64,000 nt of DNA. Source: Eledone cirrhosa. Its lineage: Eukaryota. Below the pieces are notes generated by a model. The model saw only the letters and a list, made by a program, of their open reading frames with translations. It did not search any database and was not told the DNA's origin. The position numbers and the translations under genes are program-made. This document shows positions 13,801-28,400 of this stretch, in pieces (position 1 is the stretch's first letter; each line of letters begins with the position of its first letter). The stretch spans positions 201,748,001 through 201,812,000 of the forward strand of contig OZ024741.1 in the NCBI GenBank assembly GCA_964016885.1, written 5' to 3'.

Positions 13801-16365
13801 TTCAATCCAAAACAAAAGCCAGCTATTTCAAATTAGATATTTTTGAAAAATAGACGTGAATCTTTTCAAAGATTTGATCTCAGTCAAAAAAGCTTCTTTT
13901 TTTTAAATTCTATATTTCACTGTTAGCTGTTGTAATATTTTGAGTAGATAGACAATTCTACAATTCAAACTGTAAAGTCAAAATACAAAAGATGCAAAAT
14001 ATGAAGAATTTCTTACCTTTCTCTGGAATCACAAACTCAAGAGAAAAATAGTACCTTGCAAAATAAAGTGCCTCGATCACAACTTAGTTGCAACGAACGA
14101 ATGAATTGAGAGGCTTAGTGACAGTGAGCAAACAATATCTGTATCCCTTATATAATATATACATAGATAGATACAAACACATACGCGCGCGCACGCACAC
14201 ACACACACACACATACACACACACGCACACGCACACACACACACTTGCGTGTGCCTTGTTTTTGGTACAGAAAGAATTTTGTCTTCAGTTTTTATTGCTG
14301 GGTCAAAGGTGACTCTTCTTTTCAACAATGTCAAATAACAACGCCATATATATATAGGACGGTCCTATGCGAGCAAGACAATCACTCTTGTCTCAAGTGG
14401 GAATACCCCCGTCCAAACCCATGCAAGCGTGGAACACGGACGTTAAACGTTGATGATGATTGAGAGAGATAGAGAGAAAGAGTGTGTGTGTTTGGTACAT
14501 GTCTATCTATCTATCTATCTCTCCAACAGGGAGCTCAAACATGCGGCCCGCAAACTACTTTTCTATGGCCCGTGGTAGAACCACTATTTCAGATTCCATT
14601 ATAACTGGTGAAAATAAGCGGTGAGCTGGTGGAATCGTTAGCACATCTGGCACAGCTTAGCGGTACTTCCATTTTTACATTCCAAGTTCAAATTCCGCCG
14701 ATCTGAACTTTGCCTTTCATCCTTTTGGGGGTCGATAAATTAAGTACCAGTTGTGAACTGGGATCAATGTAATCGACGGGACCCTAAACCCTAAATTTCA
14801 TGCCTTGTGCCTATAGTAGAAATGATTATAACTGGTGAAAATCATCACCCACCACCACGTTTGGCCCACTGTGCCTCTCCTCCAGGACGTAATGGCCCTT
14901 TTATGTCCTTGAGTTTGAAACTTCTCTTCTACATAGATACACACGCACACACACACATATATATATATACTTTACTTTTTATCTGTCTCTGGACTAAGCC
15001 CATACTGGAGCATCACCTTGGTAAATTATGGGGACGTGTCAACAAACCAACAAACATTGGTGGGAAGGCAAACACAAACGCAAAGACACGCACTGACATA
15101 TATACATATATATGACACACTTCTTTTAGTTTCGGTCTATCAAATCCATTCACAGGGCTTTGGTCGGCCCGGGCAATGGGACTGAACCCGGAAACATGTG
15201 GTTGGGAATCAAGTTTCTTGTCACACTGCGCATATATATGTGTGTGTGTGTGAGTGTTATCAAATTAACAATGAAAATTAAAAAAACAAAGTCAAGTTAC
15301 TTTATAACTTTGTTTTTATTTTTATTGTTAATTTAATACCTAATATCTGACTCTGTATCTAAAGAATTAATTCAGCAAAACATAGAACTTTATGGATTTT
15401 ACAAGATTACATTGAGTTCTATCTACGGTACGGACCCTACCACCAGAGGTAGACCAGAGTGAAAAAAGGAAATATATATATATGTGTGTGTCTGTGAGTA
15501 TAATATATCTATATATATAAAACTGAGGATGTCTCTGTGAGTGTGTGTGTCTGTGAGTTTGAATCCGTAAAACTGAAGAAGTACCCAACCGATTTTTTTC
15601 AAACTTTACATGCGTATTACTTGTTTCAGGGAGTGTTATGCACATAGAAAAATTCAACTTTTTGATCCCCTAGGGCCCGCATTAGGGAAAAACTGCGTTT
15701 TCTTTTTAGCTTTTTAGGGGTTTTTTGAGGCGTTACGTCAGATCGATTTCCTTGAAATTGTAACTATGTATTAGTCAGTCTCTTCTTCATACCGTGAGCA
15801 AAGAAAATCCAACTTTTTTATGGCCTAGGGCCCACATTAGGTGAGAAACTTCATTTTTTCAGCTTTTTAGGGCCTTTTTGAGGCGTTACGTCTAGCCGAT
15901 TTTCCCGAAATTTTAAGGCATATTATACACATAAAAAAAATTCATTTTCTTGATCCCCTAGGGCCCGCATTAGGTGATTTTTTCCTGCATTTTTCCTGCT
16001 TCGTCGAGGAAAATCTTAAAGATTATCCAGCCATAAGAGTATTCGATTTATTTTCTTTACATATTGTCCAGGCATGCAGTTTTTCCACAATTAGGTCTGT
16101 TGGCAGCCCGTGTTCAAAAATACCTTATCCCGTGCAACGCCGGGTACCACTGCTAGTATATATATAAATCTACATACATACATTTACCTATGTATATAGC
16201 TATGCATTTATACATTTGTATATATACATGCATTTATATTTAAGTGTGTAAGGATGTTGACATGATTTATGAATTTTTGGTAAGGAGAGAATTTTGACTC
16301 CAGATTTTATTACCTTGGGAGATTAAATACCACAGCATTTCAACCTCATCAAACACCAACGCCAG

Positions 16366-16413
<48 letters not shown>

Positions 16414-19400
16414 TATGCATGTGGGTGTATGATTGTATGTATGTATATTTATACACTCACACCCTTCATCAGCATTGCTTCTTTTTCTTGTCGTTTCTGT
16501 TGTTCTTGTAATTGTTGTCATAGTTGACGTCCTTATTTTCATTTTCTTTTATTTCTTTCGTTTTTCCCTAGGGAATTTGTTGACAAGCTTCTTTTATTTA
16601 TTTTCTTCATTTTCTTCATTCAAATGCATTCACACTGGCTGTCTCAGAGACGTTCAAATATGGCTTATAAAACTTACCTAAGTAAATAACCTTCCAGCGC
16701 CTCCCCAAAGTTTCAAACGCCCCCCGTTGAGAACCTTTGATCTAACCCATGTAAATGTAGAAAATGGACATTAAATAGTGATGATATGACAATGACAGTA
16801 TCCTAGAAGCATAGGGGATCTCAGGTGATTTGTTATCTAAAGGTTAAAAGATTGTCAGCAAATGGCTTCTCATTTTCATAGTCACTTGTACAATAGTTTC
16901 CATTCTCTTATATTATCAAAGATAAATTCATTATCTATTTAAGATCTCTAGCTATACTATCTATATATCTAAAACAGAGAATGTCTGTCTGTCCAATCAC
17001 TAAAACTCAAGAACCACCCAACCAATTGTTTTCAAACTTTCAATGACCTAGGGACCGCATTAGGCAATTTAGCGATCTCTCTCTATAACTCTTAGTCTTT
17101 CTCTTTTTAGATAGATACATAGATATAATGTTGCGCCCTTATAATATCTGTCTGTATGCCTGGCTGTCTGCATTACGACATTATGACGTAGCTGTGTGTG
17201 TGTCATCATCATCATCATCATCAGGTTTAGCGTCCGTGTTCCACGCTTGCATGGGTTTGGACGGGGGTTTTCCCACTTGAGGCAAGAGTGGTTGTCTTGC
17301 TCGCATAGGACTGTCTGGCGGGTTTTCTACAGTTGGATGCCCTTCCTAACACCAACCACATTTACAGTGTGGGGCTGGGAGGTTTTTACCGTGTTGCCTA
17401 CACGGCCACATTACAGCGTGGACTGTCTGGCGGGTTTTCTACAGCTGGATGCCCTTCCTAACACCAACCACATTTACAGTGTGGGGCTGGGAGGTTTTTA
17501 CCGTGTTGCCTACACGGCCACATTTACAGCGTGGGCTGTGTGTTTTTTTGTCGTGACACCTACACGATCTCATTTGTTTCGGCCTGGATGTTGTGGGACC
17601 AACATAACTTTACATTGAATGGGGTGGAGGTGGTGGGACGGGGGGGGGGGGGGGGGGGGGTGATAGAGATGCCTACTGACTATAGTAGGTTTTTACTTTG
17701 TATTTAGGTAAGGCGGGTCTTCTCTATTACTGAGTACCGCCAAAGGTCTCGGTCCAGTGACATTGTCTTGGAGAGGTGTAAGCGTGTGAGGTCGGAATTT
17801 ATCAGCTCGTCCCATGTTTTTCTGGGTCTGCCTACTCCGTGGCTACCGTCTATCTTTATTGCCCTGCACTTTGTTATACAGCTGTCGTCTTTCATGCGCA
17901 TCACGTGACCGTACCAACGTAGCCTTCTCTCGAGTAAACAACATCTGATCCCTCTTATTTCTAATTTTTTCCTTAGTTCGTTTATGCTTTGCTGTTCACG
18001 TATATTACTATTGCACATCCAGCGGAGCATGCAAGCTTCGTTCCTCTCTAGTCTGCGTATATCCTCTGCACACAATGCCCAGGTCTCACTGCCATGCAGC
18101 ATTGCTGTTCGTATGCAGGCATCGTATAACCTGCCTTTCATTTTTAGGGAGAACCCTCTAGCGGCTAATAGTGGTATAAGCTCTCTGAACTTTTTCCATC
18201 CAGTTCTGACTCTAGCTACTATACTTTCAGAGCACCCTCCCCCACTGCTGATTTTGTCACCCAGGTAACGGAAGCTGTCCACTATTTCTATAGAACCCTC
18301 TGCGCAGTTGAAGAAGCTAGTATTTTGTGGGCACTTGCTGCTACTTATTGCACCAGAGCACCGGCCACATGTAAAATCTATGTTCTTAGTTAGCTTACCT
18401 GTGATCCCACTACATCTTTTATGCACCCATACTTTGCATTTGGGACATAAAATGGAGTTTCTACCTACGCCTTTCCTACACACTGAGCATGGCCATTTCC
18501 CAGATGGGACTGCCGCCTTATTTTCTTTCCTACAAACTAGAACTTTAGTCTTAGCCAGGTTAATTTTAAGGCCTTTTGATTCTAGGCCGTGCTTCCATGT
18601 TTGGAATTTCTTCTCTAGTTCGGTCATTGATTCAGCTATGAGCGTTAGATCATCTGCGTATGTGTATATATGTATATATAGTGTGTGTGTATATATGTAT
18701 ATATAGTGTGTGTGTATATATATATATATAGTGTGTAATGTTTTTCGAAATATTTACCTCTGTGTTCACAGATTGATTTTTTTTTTTATTAAAGTTTCAG
18801 AAGATCCTGTTAAGGGTGAAAGCAGCGATTCTTTGCTTAAACTTTAATCTGTTATTTTAATATATATATATATAATTATATATTCATGTAAAGATATTTG
18901 TGCATACACAATAACAAAATATAAACAAAAGAATTTATTTCGCGATAAAGTATTGATTTTCTCCGCACTGAAAAAAACACTGGTAATCTACGACAAATTT
19001 TTTTATAAGCACAAAATGTAGACACCATCCCGAGGCCGAGGTATTCCGTACTTCTCTGTACTGTTATATATATATATAATTATATATTCGTGTACAGATA
19101 TTTTTTCATACACAATAACAAAATATAAACAAACGTATTTATTTCACGAGGCTCAATAAGGATAAATATATATCAAATATATAAGAACCCTAGAGCAAAT
19201 CCCGAGCAACACCGGGCCATTCTGCTAGTTATAAACTAAAACAAGAAACCTGTATGTTTTATCTGAACAATCGTGAAATTAAAACAGACATTGATTACAC
19301 CTAGTTTGACTGATTGTCTGCATGCACTGATCAGAGCTGACCATCAACAAATGAGCTACTCATCAACAAAACAAAAACATTTGAAGTTCTAGGAAATGTG

Positions 19401-22400
19401 TGTGCCAAGAAGATTTATGTAATTTCAAGGACAGCAAATTAATTATTTATGTTTTATGTTTTAGATACAGAAACTTCTTTTAAGCCATACTAACAAATAG
19501 CGGCTTATTTATGATAAAAATAAAAAAAACATAATCCCATGAATCCTAAGTATTTGACTTTGAGAAGAAACCATACAAACTATAATAACAAAAGGAAGGA
19601 AACATTTCAATAGCCTTTGTCATTTGTTGTGTGGTTTAACCATATCCTCTTTAGAACAGAATTATAAGTTTCATTATACAGAAACTACTTAATATGACAC
19701 CTGCAACTTGATAATGTCTATCTTCTCCATTTGATAGTTGGTGTGGTGTATAGTGTTCTCTGGATGTTTTGTTTACAGGTTAAAGCAATCTGAGAGTTTT
19801 GTTTGTGGATTAGGGCAATCAGCAGTTGTATTTACATACATATTTCACATATTTCTTGCAATATATTAATCTAATTATATATATATCTATATCCAAACTG
19901 AAACTTCATATTGTTGCCACTCCAAGTTTCTCACTTTGTTTAGGTGACAAGAAGATGAATAAACAAACAAAATGAGAATCTCAAAGTAGTGACAGAGTGG
20001 ATCATCAGCTTTGAATAAATAAATTTAAAAAACTCTATATTGAGAGCTCTTTCTCTTGTTTGTACAACTAAACATGTATTTCTAATTGTTATTCTAGATG
20101 GGTGCCTGTTTTTCAAAAGTCTTTAATGGCTGTCCACTTCATATAATTTGTACTGCCAGCTGGGTTCATCCAGATACAAGAGGTTTGTTGTATTTTATAT
20201 CATAGATTGAAGTAAAACTTTAGCATCTATCTAGGGTGGGTAAAATTCCCCAGATCCATAGACGAGTTCTCTCCAGCAATCTCTGTCCTTCATTATCATC
20301 GCTATGTCCCACATCTCCCCGCATCTATGTAATCTGTTTACTCACCGTATATATCATTTACTGTAGCTTTCACAAATCGATAAAGATAATTCACGCAAAC
20401 ACTCACTGCTGAGAATTTATGATAGTTGTGATTAAATTGCTTCTATGCCAGTAGTAATAGTGAAAGTGTAAAATTGGGTGGAGTGCATCCTACTTGAGGA
20501 AATAGAACTGTGGATGATGCAGCAGGTGGTGTTGGCAATGTTTTCACTATCTTGTCCACAGGGTGCAGCTGAAATACACCACATAGAATGTAGTGTAAAG
20601 TCTGCTGTTCCCACTCTCTTCTTACTTTGAGTATTTAATTTTCTTGTTTTCTATTGCAAACATGATAAAATTTAATTGAAATTTGTTCAATAAAGATTTT
20701 CATCAACTGTAATTAGCATTAAAAAAAAGATAATTGGAAAATAGTGCTAGGCAAAAGCATTTTGTAATTTTGTCATATTTTATATGATGTGATTGTTGTA
20801 ACATAGAATAATTGACTTTCTGTCAATTTCTAATTAGAATTATTTTGCTTCATTCATAATATTAAAGTATTTGAAAAAAACCATAAACATCACAGCCACC
20901 AAAATTATATGACTTGTAACAAACTATATTTTCTACTTCAGATCAGTACATACTAATAGGAGCAAATGAGGGATTGTATACTCTTAATTTAAATGAATTA
21001 CATGAATCATCTCTTGAATTAGTAAGTATACTACATTATTATATTTGTGTGTGTGAACAGAATGCAATAAAACTCTGTATTGTTGTGCTATTTGACTTTG
21101 CCTTTCATCCTTACGGGGTCGATAAAATAAAGTACCAGTAATGCACTGAGTAATTGATGGCCTTGTGCCTAAAGTAGAAACAATTATGGTATCAACCATT
21201 AAAATACACAATGTGTGTTTGTATATATCTCCATTGTAACTCTTTACAATTTACACATATAAACATATTCAGTGAGGCTCAAGGTCTTTCTCAATTACAT
21301 GTCAGTTTGATAGAGTGGGATGAAGCAAAACAAACCAGGTTCATGTACTGTAAGCATTAAAAAAAATACTTTTTCCAGATTTTAAATTGATTGCTAATTG
21401 CAGTATATACAAAATTTGAATACAGCTTTTATGAAATGCTCAGTCAACAAATCTGCATATCACCTCTTTGAACTCTTTCAACTCTTGTTTAATGCAATTC
21501 TAACAAATTCAGCAAATTTTCATTTCTTTCTTCTTCTCTTTTCAACTTTAATTGCTCTGAGAGTAGTATTGCAATCACCGATGTCAACATACATACCAAA
21601 CTCTTCTTTTTCTTCACCCACTTATTCTTGGGAGGGTTGTGAAGGCAGAGTCCTCAAGCATGCCTTCCAGTGAGTCCCATCAGAAGCAACCATATCCAAT
21701 TGATCCAGTTAGATCCCCAAGTGAGACCAACAGTCTTGCTCAGGGTCTTCCTCTGGATCTCCTGCCAGTTGCTTTTATTCATAAAATCTGCCCAGTGAGT
21801 CTTTCCTGATACATTCTAACCACATGCCTGTAATATCAGAGCTGTGAGCCTTCAATTTAAACAATAAATCCTCTTCCATTCTTTACAACCAAAATTCTTA
21901 TTATGGACTTGCATACCTATTCCAAAAGTGCATTTCTTTACATACAAAATTTGTTTCATCACCAATAAATCCATAAGTTTAGCTAACATCTTTATTCCTA
22001 AGTTATGTGTCTCAAAATCAGTCCCTGTCCTCTGATAATTCATTATCAGAAATGGCTCCAAACCTCTAAGAATTTTCTGGAGAAAAAAATATTAATTTAG
22101 CTATTAACAAACCTATTCACAATTACTCAGTTTGGAAACTTTTTTAGTAAATGCCCTGTATATGCAGAATTGCCTTAACTAAGCTATTTGATCAACTACA
22201 CTAATTGTTCCTATGTCGATTGCACCATTTCAAATCTACAATGATTTTGTCATTTTTGTCACTCTTCACTTTTTTCTAAATTTGTCATTGACCTTTTTTC
22301 TACTCTTCTTATTCTTTCTGTTTTGTAACTTAAATGATTAACAACATAAAATCTTCTGACCACCAGCTTATAGTAGTCTCTAGCAACCATATTTCAGTAA

Positions 22401-25400
22401 GGGCTGAAAACCTAACTAGCCCTATATCTACTAAATCTCCCTAATAATTATAACAATTCTACATTCTCACAAGTGAAGGCACTCTTATGTTACACTAATT
22501 TGTTTAATCATTTTTTAAGGAAGCCCATATTATCATAACCTCAACAGTTAAATCACTGATGTTACATACCTAGAAACAGCATTAAATAAACATTGACTTA
22601 TTCCACCTTGTAATCTCTCCACTTTGTGCATCTTGTACCGTTTTATTATAATGACCTCTATGCATACAGACTTACTGACTATATCAAATTCTAATCAAAA
22701 CAACTCAGCATTTTTGTCTCTGTATCTCATCAAACAACTCACACTGAATATGGGACTTAGGTTTCTACAACTAGCCAAGAGAATTTTAGGAAGTTCTTAG
22801 CCTTTCATATTAAATCACATTTGAAAAATTAAGCAAAATTATTGTTTTAACTTAGAATCATTCAGATTTGTTTTGTTGTTGTTGCTTTTTAATTCTAGTT
22901 TAATCAAAGCATTAAACTTTACTGTATGGATTTGAAAATAAATCAACAATATAATTTCACATTTCTTGATTTTCTAGCTGCATGCCCGAAGATGCATATG
23001 GTTATATGTAATTAAAGATGTACTTATGTCAATATCAAGTACGTATAACATTAATAATATTTTGTTTATCAGTTACAATCTATTATTTCTATTTTGATAT
23101 CTTACACAAGTTTTGATATTGTCTTTTATTTTTGTACTGAATTTGTGTTGGTGTAAGCATGGTTCTGTGCTTAGAAGTTTGCCTTGCAACCATATGGTTT
23201 TGTTCAATTCCATCTTGGACAAGTATATTTTCCCTAATCTCAGTGAATGGAATTTGGTTGACAGAAACTGCATGGAAGCTCACCGTGTATGTGTATTACT
23301 CTATTGTCAGTTGTTGATAGATGCCCTTCCAGAAGAAGAGCAATGACTATGATCTTCTCAGCGCAATAAATATGGGAGAAGTGTTATGAGTGGAACATGG
23401 ATCTTGTCCAGATTTTCATTCGTCAAACAAAAGCATCCAATACTATGAATAGTGTATCATTGTGGAAAATTCTTTGTAATTTCAATTGCCAGATCACTTT
23501 GTATTGATAATTAAATCATTTCAAGATGAAATGGAACTGATATTATTCTGGTATTTTTGATAAGATGCTTCTGAAGGAAATTTCATTTAATGAGCTGCTT
23601 ATAGAAGCATGTTATTTCAGATTTGTCTACATCAACTGAAATGAAATTATATACCCAGTTCTGTATAATAATGCAATCAGGAATTTAGTATTTAATTTCA
23701 GCTTTGTAGTCAGCAAATTTAAAATAAGATAAGAAAATCTGATTTTTATTTTCCAAGAAAACATATCAACTTGATATGATATACAATTATGACATGCTTT
23801 CAAAGGGGCAATATTTTGAACATTTAATGTATTTATATAAATTTACATAAATTACCTTTATTTATTTTTGGAATAAAGTAATACATAGGTGATATCTTTT
23901 TTATTCACATTTCTTAACAGTAAACTAGTAAATATGGCCTACTTTGTATATTAACACAGTGAAATTCTTATCTTTTACTGATTATATTTTGTTTTAACCA
24001 CTTTCTTTTATGATTATTTTGTAATTTTTATTTGTATTTTACATAAATACAAATTTAATAAGTTTATTTTTTTTACCAACTGCATACTTTCTTCAAAATG
24101 TTAGACTAACCAAATTAATTAGTATTCATAATTTTATTTTTGATTTAGAATGTTAAAAAACCTATTTAGAATTATACTAAATCCTGTCAACATTTCATTT
24201 CATCTTTTTCACCCACTAAGAGGATTGTAGAGGCAGTCCTCAAATACTCCTTCCAGCAGGTCCTGTCAGAAGCAAGTCTCCAAATGATCCTACTGGATCC
24301 CCAAGTGAGACAGCCAAGCTCATGGATGTTATTTAACTATCTTGCTCAGGGGCTGCCTCTGGGTCTCCTATTGGTTGGTTTTTACCCGTAAAATCTCTCC
24401 ACCGATTTTTTTCCTGAGGTGTTCTAACCATTTGTTAATAGTATCGGAGCTGTGATCTTTCAATACGGAGAAGTAGCGGCTCTACCTGGAGTGACTCTCT
24501 GATCTCCGAGCTACGCACTATTGAGTAATGTTACTCCAAAGACCCTTTGGAGGAACCCCCATTTTGGCTGCTTGTATTCATGATCATATTCTTTCGGTCA
24601 TTACCCAAAAGTCATGACCATAGGTAAGGTTTGGCATGAAGACCGAATTGAAGACAGCAAGTTTGGCTTTTGCACCTACCTCCCTTCTTTTTATTACTGA
24701 ATGCTGAAGCTGGTGCATTCATCTTCATGCATAAAAAAATAATAAATACCTTATATTTGTTATACTTTGGTAGGTTCAGGCTGCCAAATAAAACACCTGT
24801 TGAGTTTCACTTTGATTTTATTACTAGTTAGGTATCTTATCCATTTTTCAGTTAAGTAACCAGGTGGTTATTTAATTGTTAAAGCTCTTCCATCACACAT
24901 TCTGTGACCTCAATGACTATTCATGCTCCTCTGTATCTTCTTTTCATTTTCATTTACTTACTCCATTTTGTATTTCTACCAAAAATAGATGAGTTAACTA
25001 ACTAATAATAAAACTCAATTGGTGCATGTATTTTTATTGGCAGGACAACCCCCTCCCACCAAAGTATAGCAATAACTGTTTTGGCATACAATTTCACATC
25101 AAGAATTTTACAAAAGATAAATAACTTAATTCTTAAGAATTTTTAGAAGTAATTTTAATTTTGGAAATAAATACCAATCATAAGGAGCTTGATCAGTATA
25201 TAACATCATTTCTGTATTATAAAAGAAATATTAGATTCTATCACACACACAAATCAATGGTTGAAAGGTTGAAAGAAAATCCAATATAATGGTAAACATT
25301 GAGTTAATTTCTTCAGTTATAAGCTCATCCTCTTCTCATAAATATGAAAAGAATTGGTAGAATGGAATTCTTTCAGTATTCTATTATGTCATATTTCATT

Positions 25401-28400
25401 TGGAGTCCAAATCCCATTTTGATTAACTTTGCCTTTCATCTCTCAGGGTCAATAAAATAAAGTCACCTGTTGAGCATTCCCCTTTCCTCAAATGTGTGGT
25501 GTTGTGACAATGTTAACACTTAATATCCTATACTGTATGAAACCACATTAGCAAGGCATTCTTGAAAAATACAAAAATTAAAGTCTAATACTAACATTAA
25601 TGCTACAAATTTTGACTGTAATCTCTCTACTTATAAAATTACTATAAGCATATGAATTAACCAACTTGTTTTTAAATATTTTCTAGTAAATCATTAAAGG
25701 CTGTTAAGAGTTAAATATTATTTCCAAAACTAGATGCCAATTTTAAAACATTTACAGACACTACTTTAAAAGTTCTTAGAAAATTTACCTTATTTTCTAA
25801 TTTTTTAATTCCAGGTAAAACTCCTCATCTTTATCGGCATGATTTATTAATGCTTCACAGTAAACAAACAAATAGGTTTTCTCTTCCAATGAATAAGATT
25901 CCAGAACGATTGGTTCCTAGGTAAGAAATATGATTACATCTTACCAAATTAAATAACACAAATTTGTATTGAGCTTCTTTATCTTACCTATTTATTTATG
26001 TTATCAGGTTTTAAATTATTTTCATTGTGGATTGTAGAAATTTTGCTCTTGTCAGAATGGAAAGCAAGAAAATAATATTTTTATCTTATAGAATTAAATA
26101 TATTTTTATAAATAAAATTTTTATCTTATCTCTTAGCTTCTCTTTTTCAAATAGTTATTGCAAATACTGAAATTTCCTTATTGTTGATGCCTTTTTCAAA
26201 AACACTTTCAGAAAATTTGCTACAACAACTAAAGTTCCTGATAGTAGAGGCTGTATGAAATGCTGTGTAGGAAGAAATCCTTACAATGGTTACAAATATC
26301 TATGTGGGGCTTTATCTACAGGGATTATTCTTATGCAGTGGTATGAACCTTTGAATAAATATATGTTACTTAAGGTTAGTCCTATAATTCTCTTTTGTTG
26401 TTGTTGTTGTTTTTTTTTGCTTTGATTTTTAAGACAATATCTGTAGATTGATTTGTTTAGTATGGCGAAATATCATCTAGTTTTTTTAATTTCATTATAT
26501 TTTGCAGACTTTTGAATGTGATTCAATGCCAACACACCTTGATGTATTTGAGATGTTCATATCTCCAGAATTAGAATATCCAATGATTTGTATTGGGGTA
26601 AGAAAAGGGTGAGAAAAGATTTTTTAAATATCATTGCTGTTTTTGTATAATTTCTCTACTGCTACCCATCATTCTCTCTTCCCTGAGAGACTCTTCATTG
26701 GTATTTACCACTCACTAACCATTATCCATATTTGTTGATATACATCGCGAGTTCATATTCAATATCATCACTCTCTACCACTTACCATTACACTTTTTTG
26801 CTGTTATCCATCCACGATACATATCTATTATTATTCCATCATATTGCTTATGCTGCTTTCTATTCCATCTCCTATGAGCAACCAACGTATAACTACCACA
26901 CTCTCTCTTCCTCCTCTCACCCACTTTTTCCCTTCTCACTCATATTCACATTTTTTCTTTCAACCTCTTGGCTGTCACTCCCTTTCTTTTTACACCGAGT
27001 CGTGTTTGTCTTGAAGGAATAGAGAGGATTCTTTACCTTTGCAGAGAACAAGGCTACTCTGTAGTGCTGGTGCCACAATAAAATGTATACAGTACACTTT
27101 GTAAAGTGGTTGGCTATTGAACAGTGTAGGATAGAGAAGTGTCTTCAACCCTATCAAACTTCCCTAATGTTGATGCACAATAAAAAAAATTTTTAAATAC
27201 CCAATACATTTGGTAAAGAGGTTGATGTTTGGAAGGACATCCATCAAAACCATGCCAAAATCGAACATACAAGTGAAACATGGTCTACCATCCTATGCCA
27301 TCATAAAAAGCAGATGTACCTTGCAAGCAGGGAAAAAGCGGACGTAAAATGAAATGATGATGATGAAAAGATATGGGGATTTTAAAATATACTTCCAATA
27401 CGACTAGTAAAAAAAAAAATCAATCATTTATATTACAGTTATCATCATCGGACTTACATCTATGCTGACATGAGTTAGATGAGACATTTTAAGTCGAAAT
27501 TCTATGACCAGATGCTCTTCCTCACACCAACCCTCACATGTTATTTAAATACAATCAGATCTTTGCAGGTCTAACTACTGAACCTCTTTACATGAATTGT
27601 AAACAAATGTCACTGTCTTCTTGTTGACACTTGCCCAAGGTGCCACATATATATAATTTAAAGGTGAAATATAATTTTACCCTACTTCTTTTACTACACA
27701 TACTTAGCTTATATATAATATATTTTATTTATAATTAGCCATATTTAAACATCCTCATGCACATATATATTTCTTGATGTACGTTGATAAAAGTATTATT
27801 TGCATATTACAAACAAATAATTTCTCTTTCACAAACACACACTAGTGACCAAAGATATAATATAAACACATGCAGACTCAGACACGAGCACACACCAAAC
27901 AGAATACACGCACACAAATGCATGTGCAAACAGAGACAACCAAAAAAAAAAAACTTTATAGAAACACAACGATAATCACTGAAGATTTCACAGAAATATG
28001 ACGAAAGAAATCTGATAAATTATATTTATATTTATACTTTTAACTGTTGGTCAATCGATGATAAACATTGATTGCCAACTAAATTATTTATAAAAATATA
28101 AAAATATACTAAAGCAAAAACCAAACCAAACTGAGTGGCAATATTAGGACAACATGACCCTCTCCAAATATAGCAATATCTGTTTCAACATTTCATATCA
28201 AAACCTTGCAAAACAAATACATCACTGCCAATTTCTCTTTCTTAATTACAGAACAGAGAAGAATCATGTCAAATTTGATATAATCAATTTGAATTCTTCC
28301 TCAAACTGGTTTACTGGTAATTTTTCGGGTGAGATACTCTTTTCCTAATCAAACATGTTACCATTATACTCTGTGTACATTAAAACATATATATAATAAC

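Larger units (their letters stand above)
13622..16739. mobile_element. Non-autonomous hAT element with nested insertions
   Basis: 14-bp TIRs caaaggttctcaac / gttgagaacctttg; perfect 8-bp TSD atctaacc; no transposase ORF seen. Confidence 0.9.
16960..19228 (+). mobile_element. Non-autonomous Helitron family B hosting an RTE LINE and a hammerhead-like element
   Basis: A|TCTATATATCTAAAA ... cccgagcaacaccggg ... CTAG|T. Confidence 0.8.

Noticed and set aside
16405-16480. Minus-strand CTGATGA with a gggtgt/acaccc stem (possible hammerhead)
   Set aside because: No GAAA and no stem I partner; at most a remnant.
18640-18665. RTE truncation exactly at the YADD tyrosine codon
   Set aside because: Most simply explained by TA/TG microhomology with the flanking microsatellite; a single instance.
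27975-28025. CTGAAGA...GAAA candidate hammerhead
   Set aside because: No consistent stems I and III around the core.
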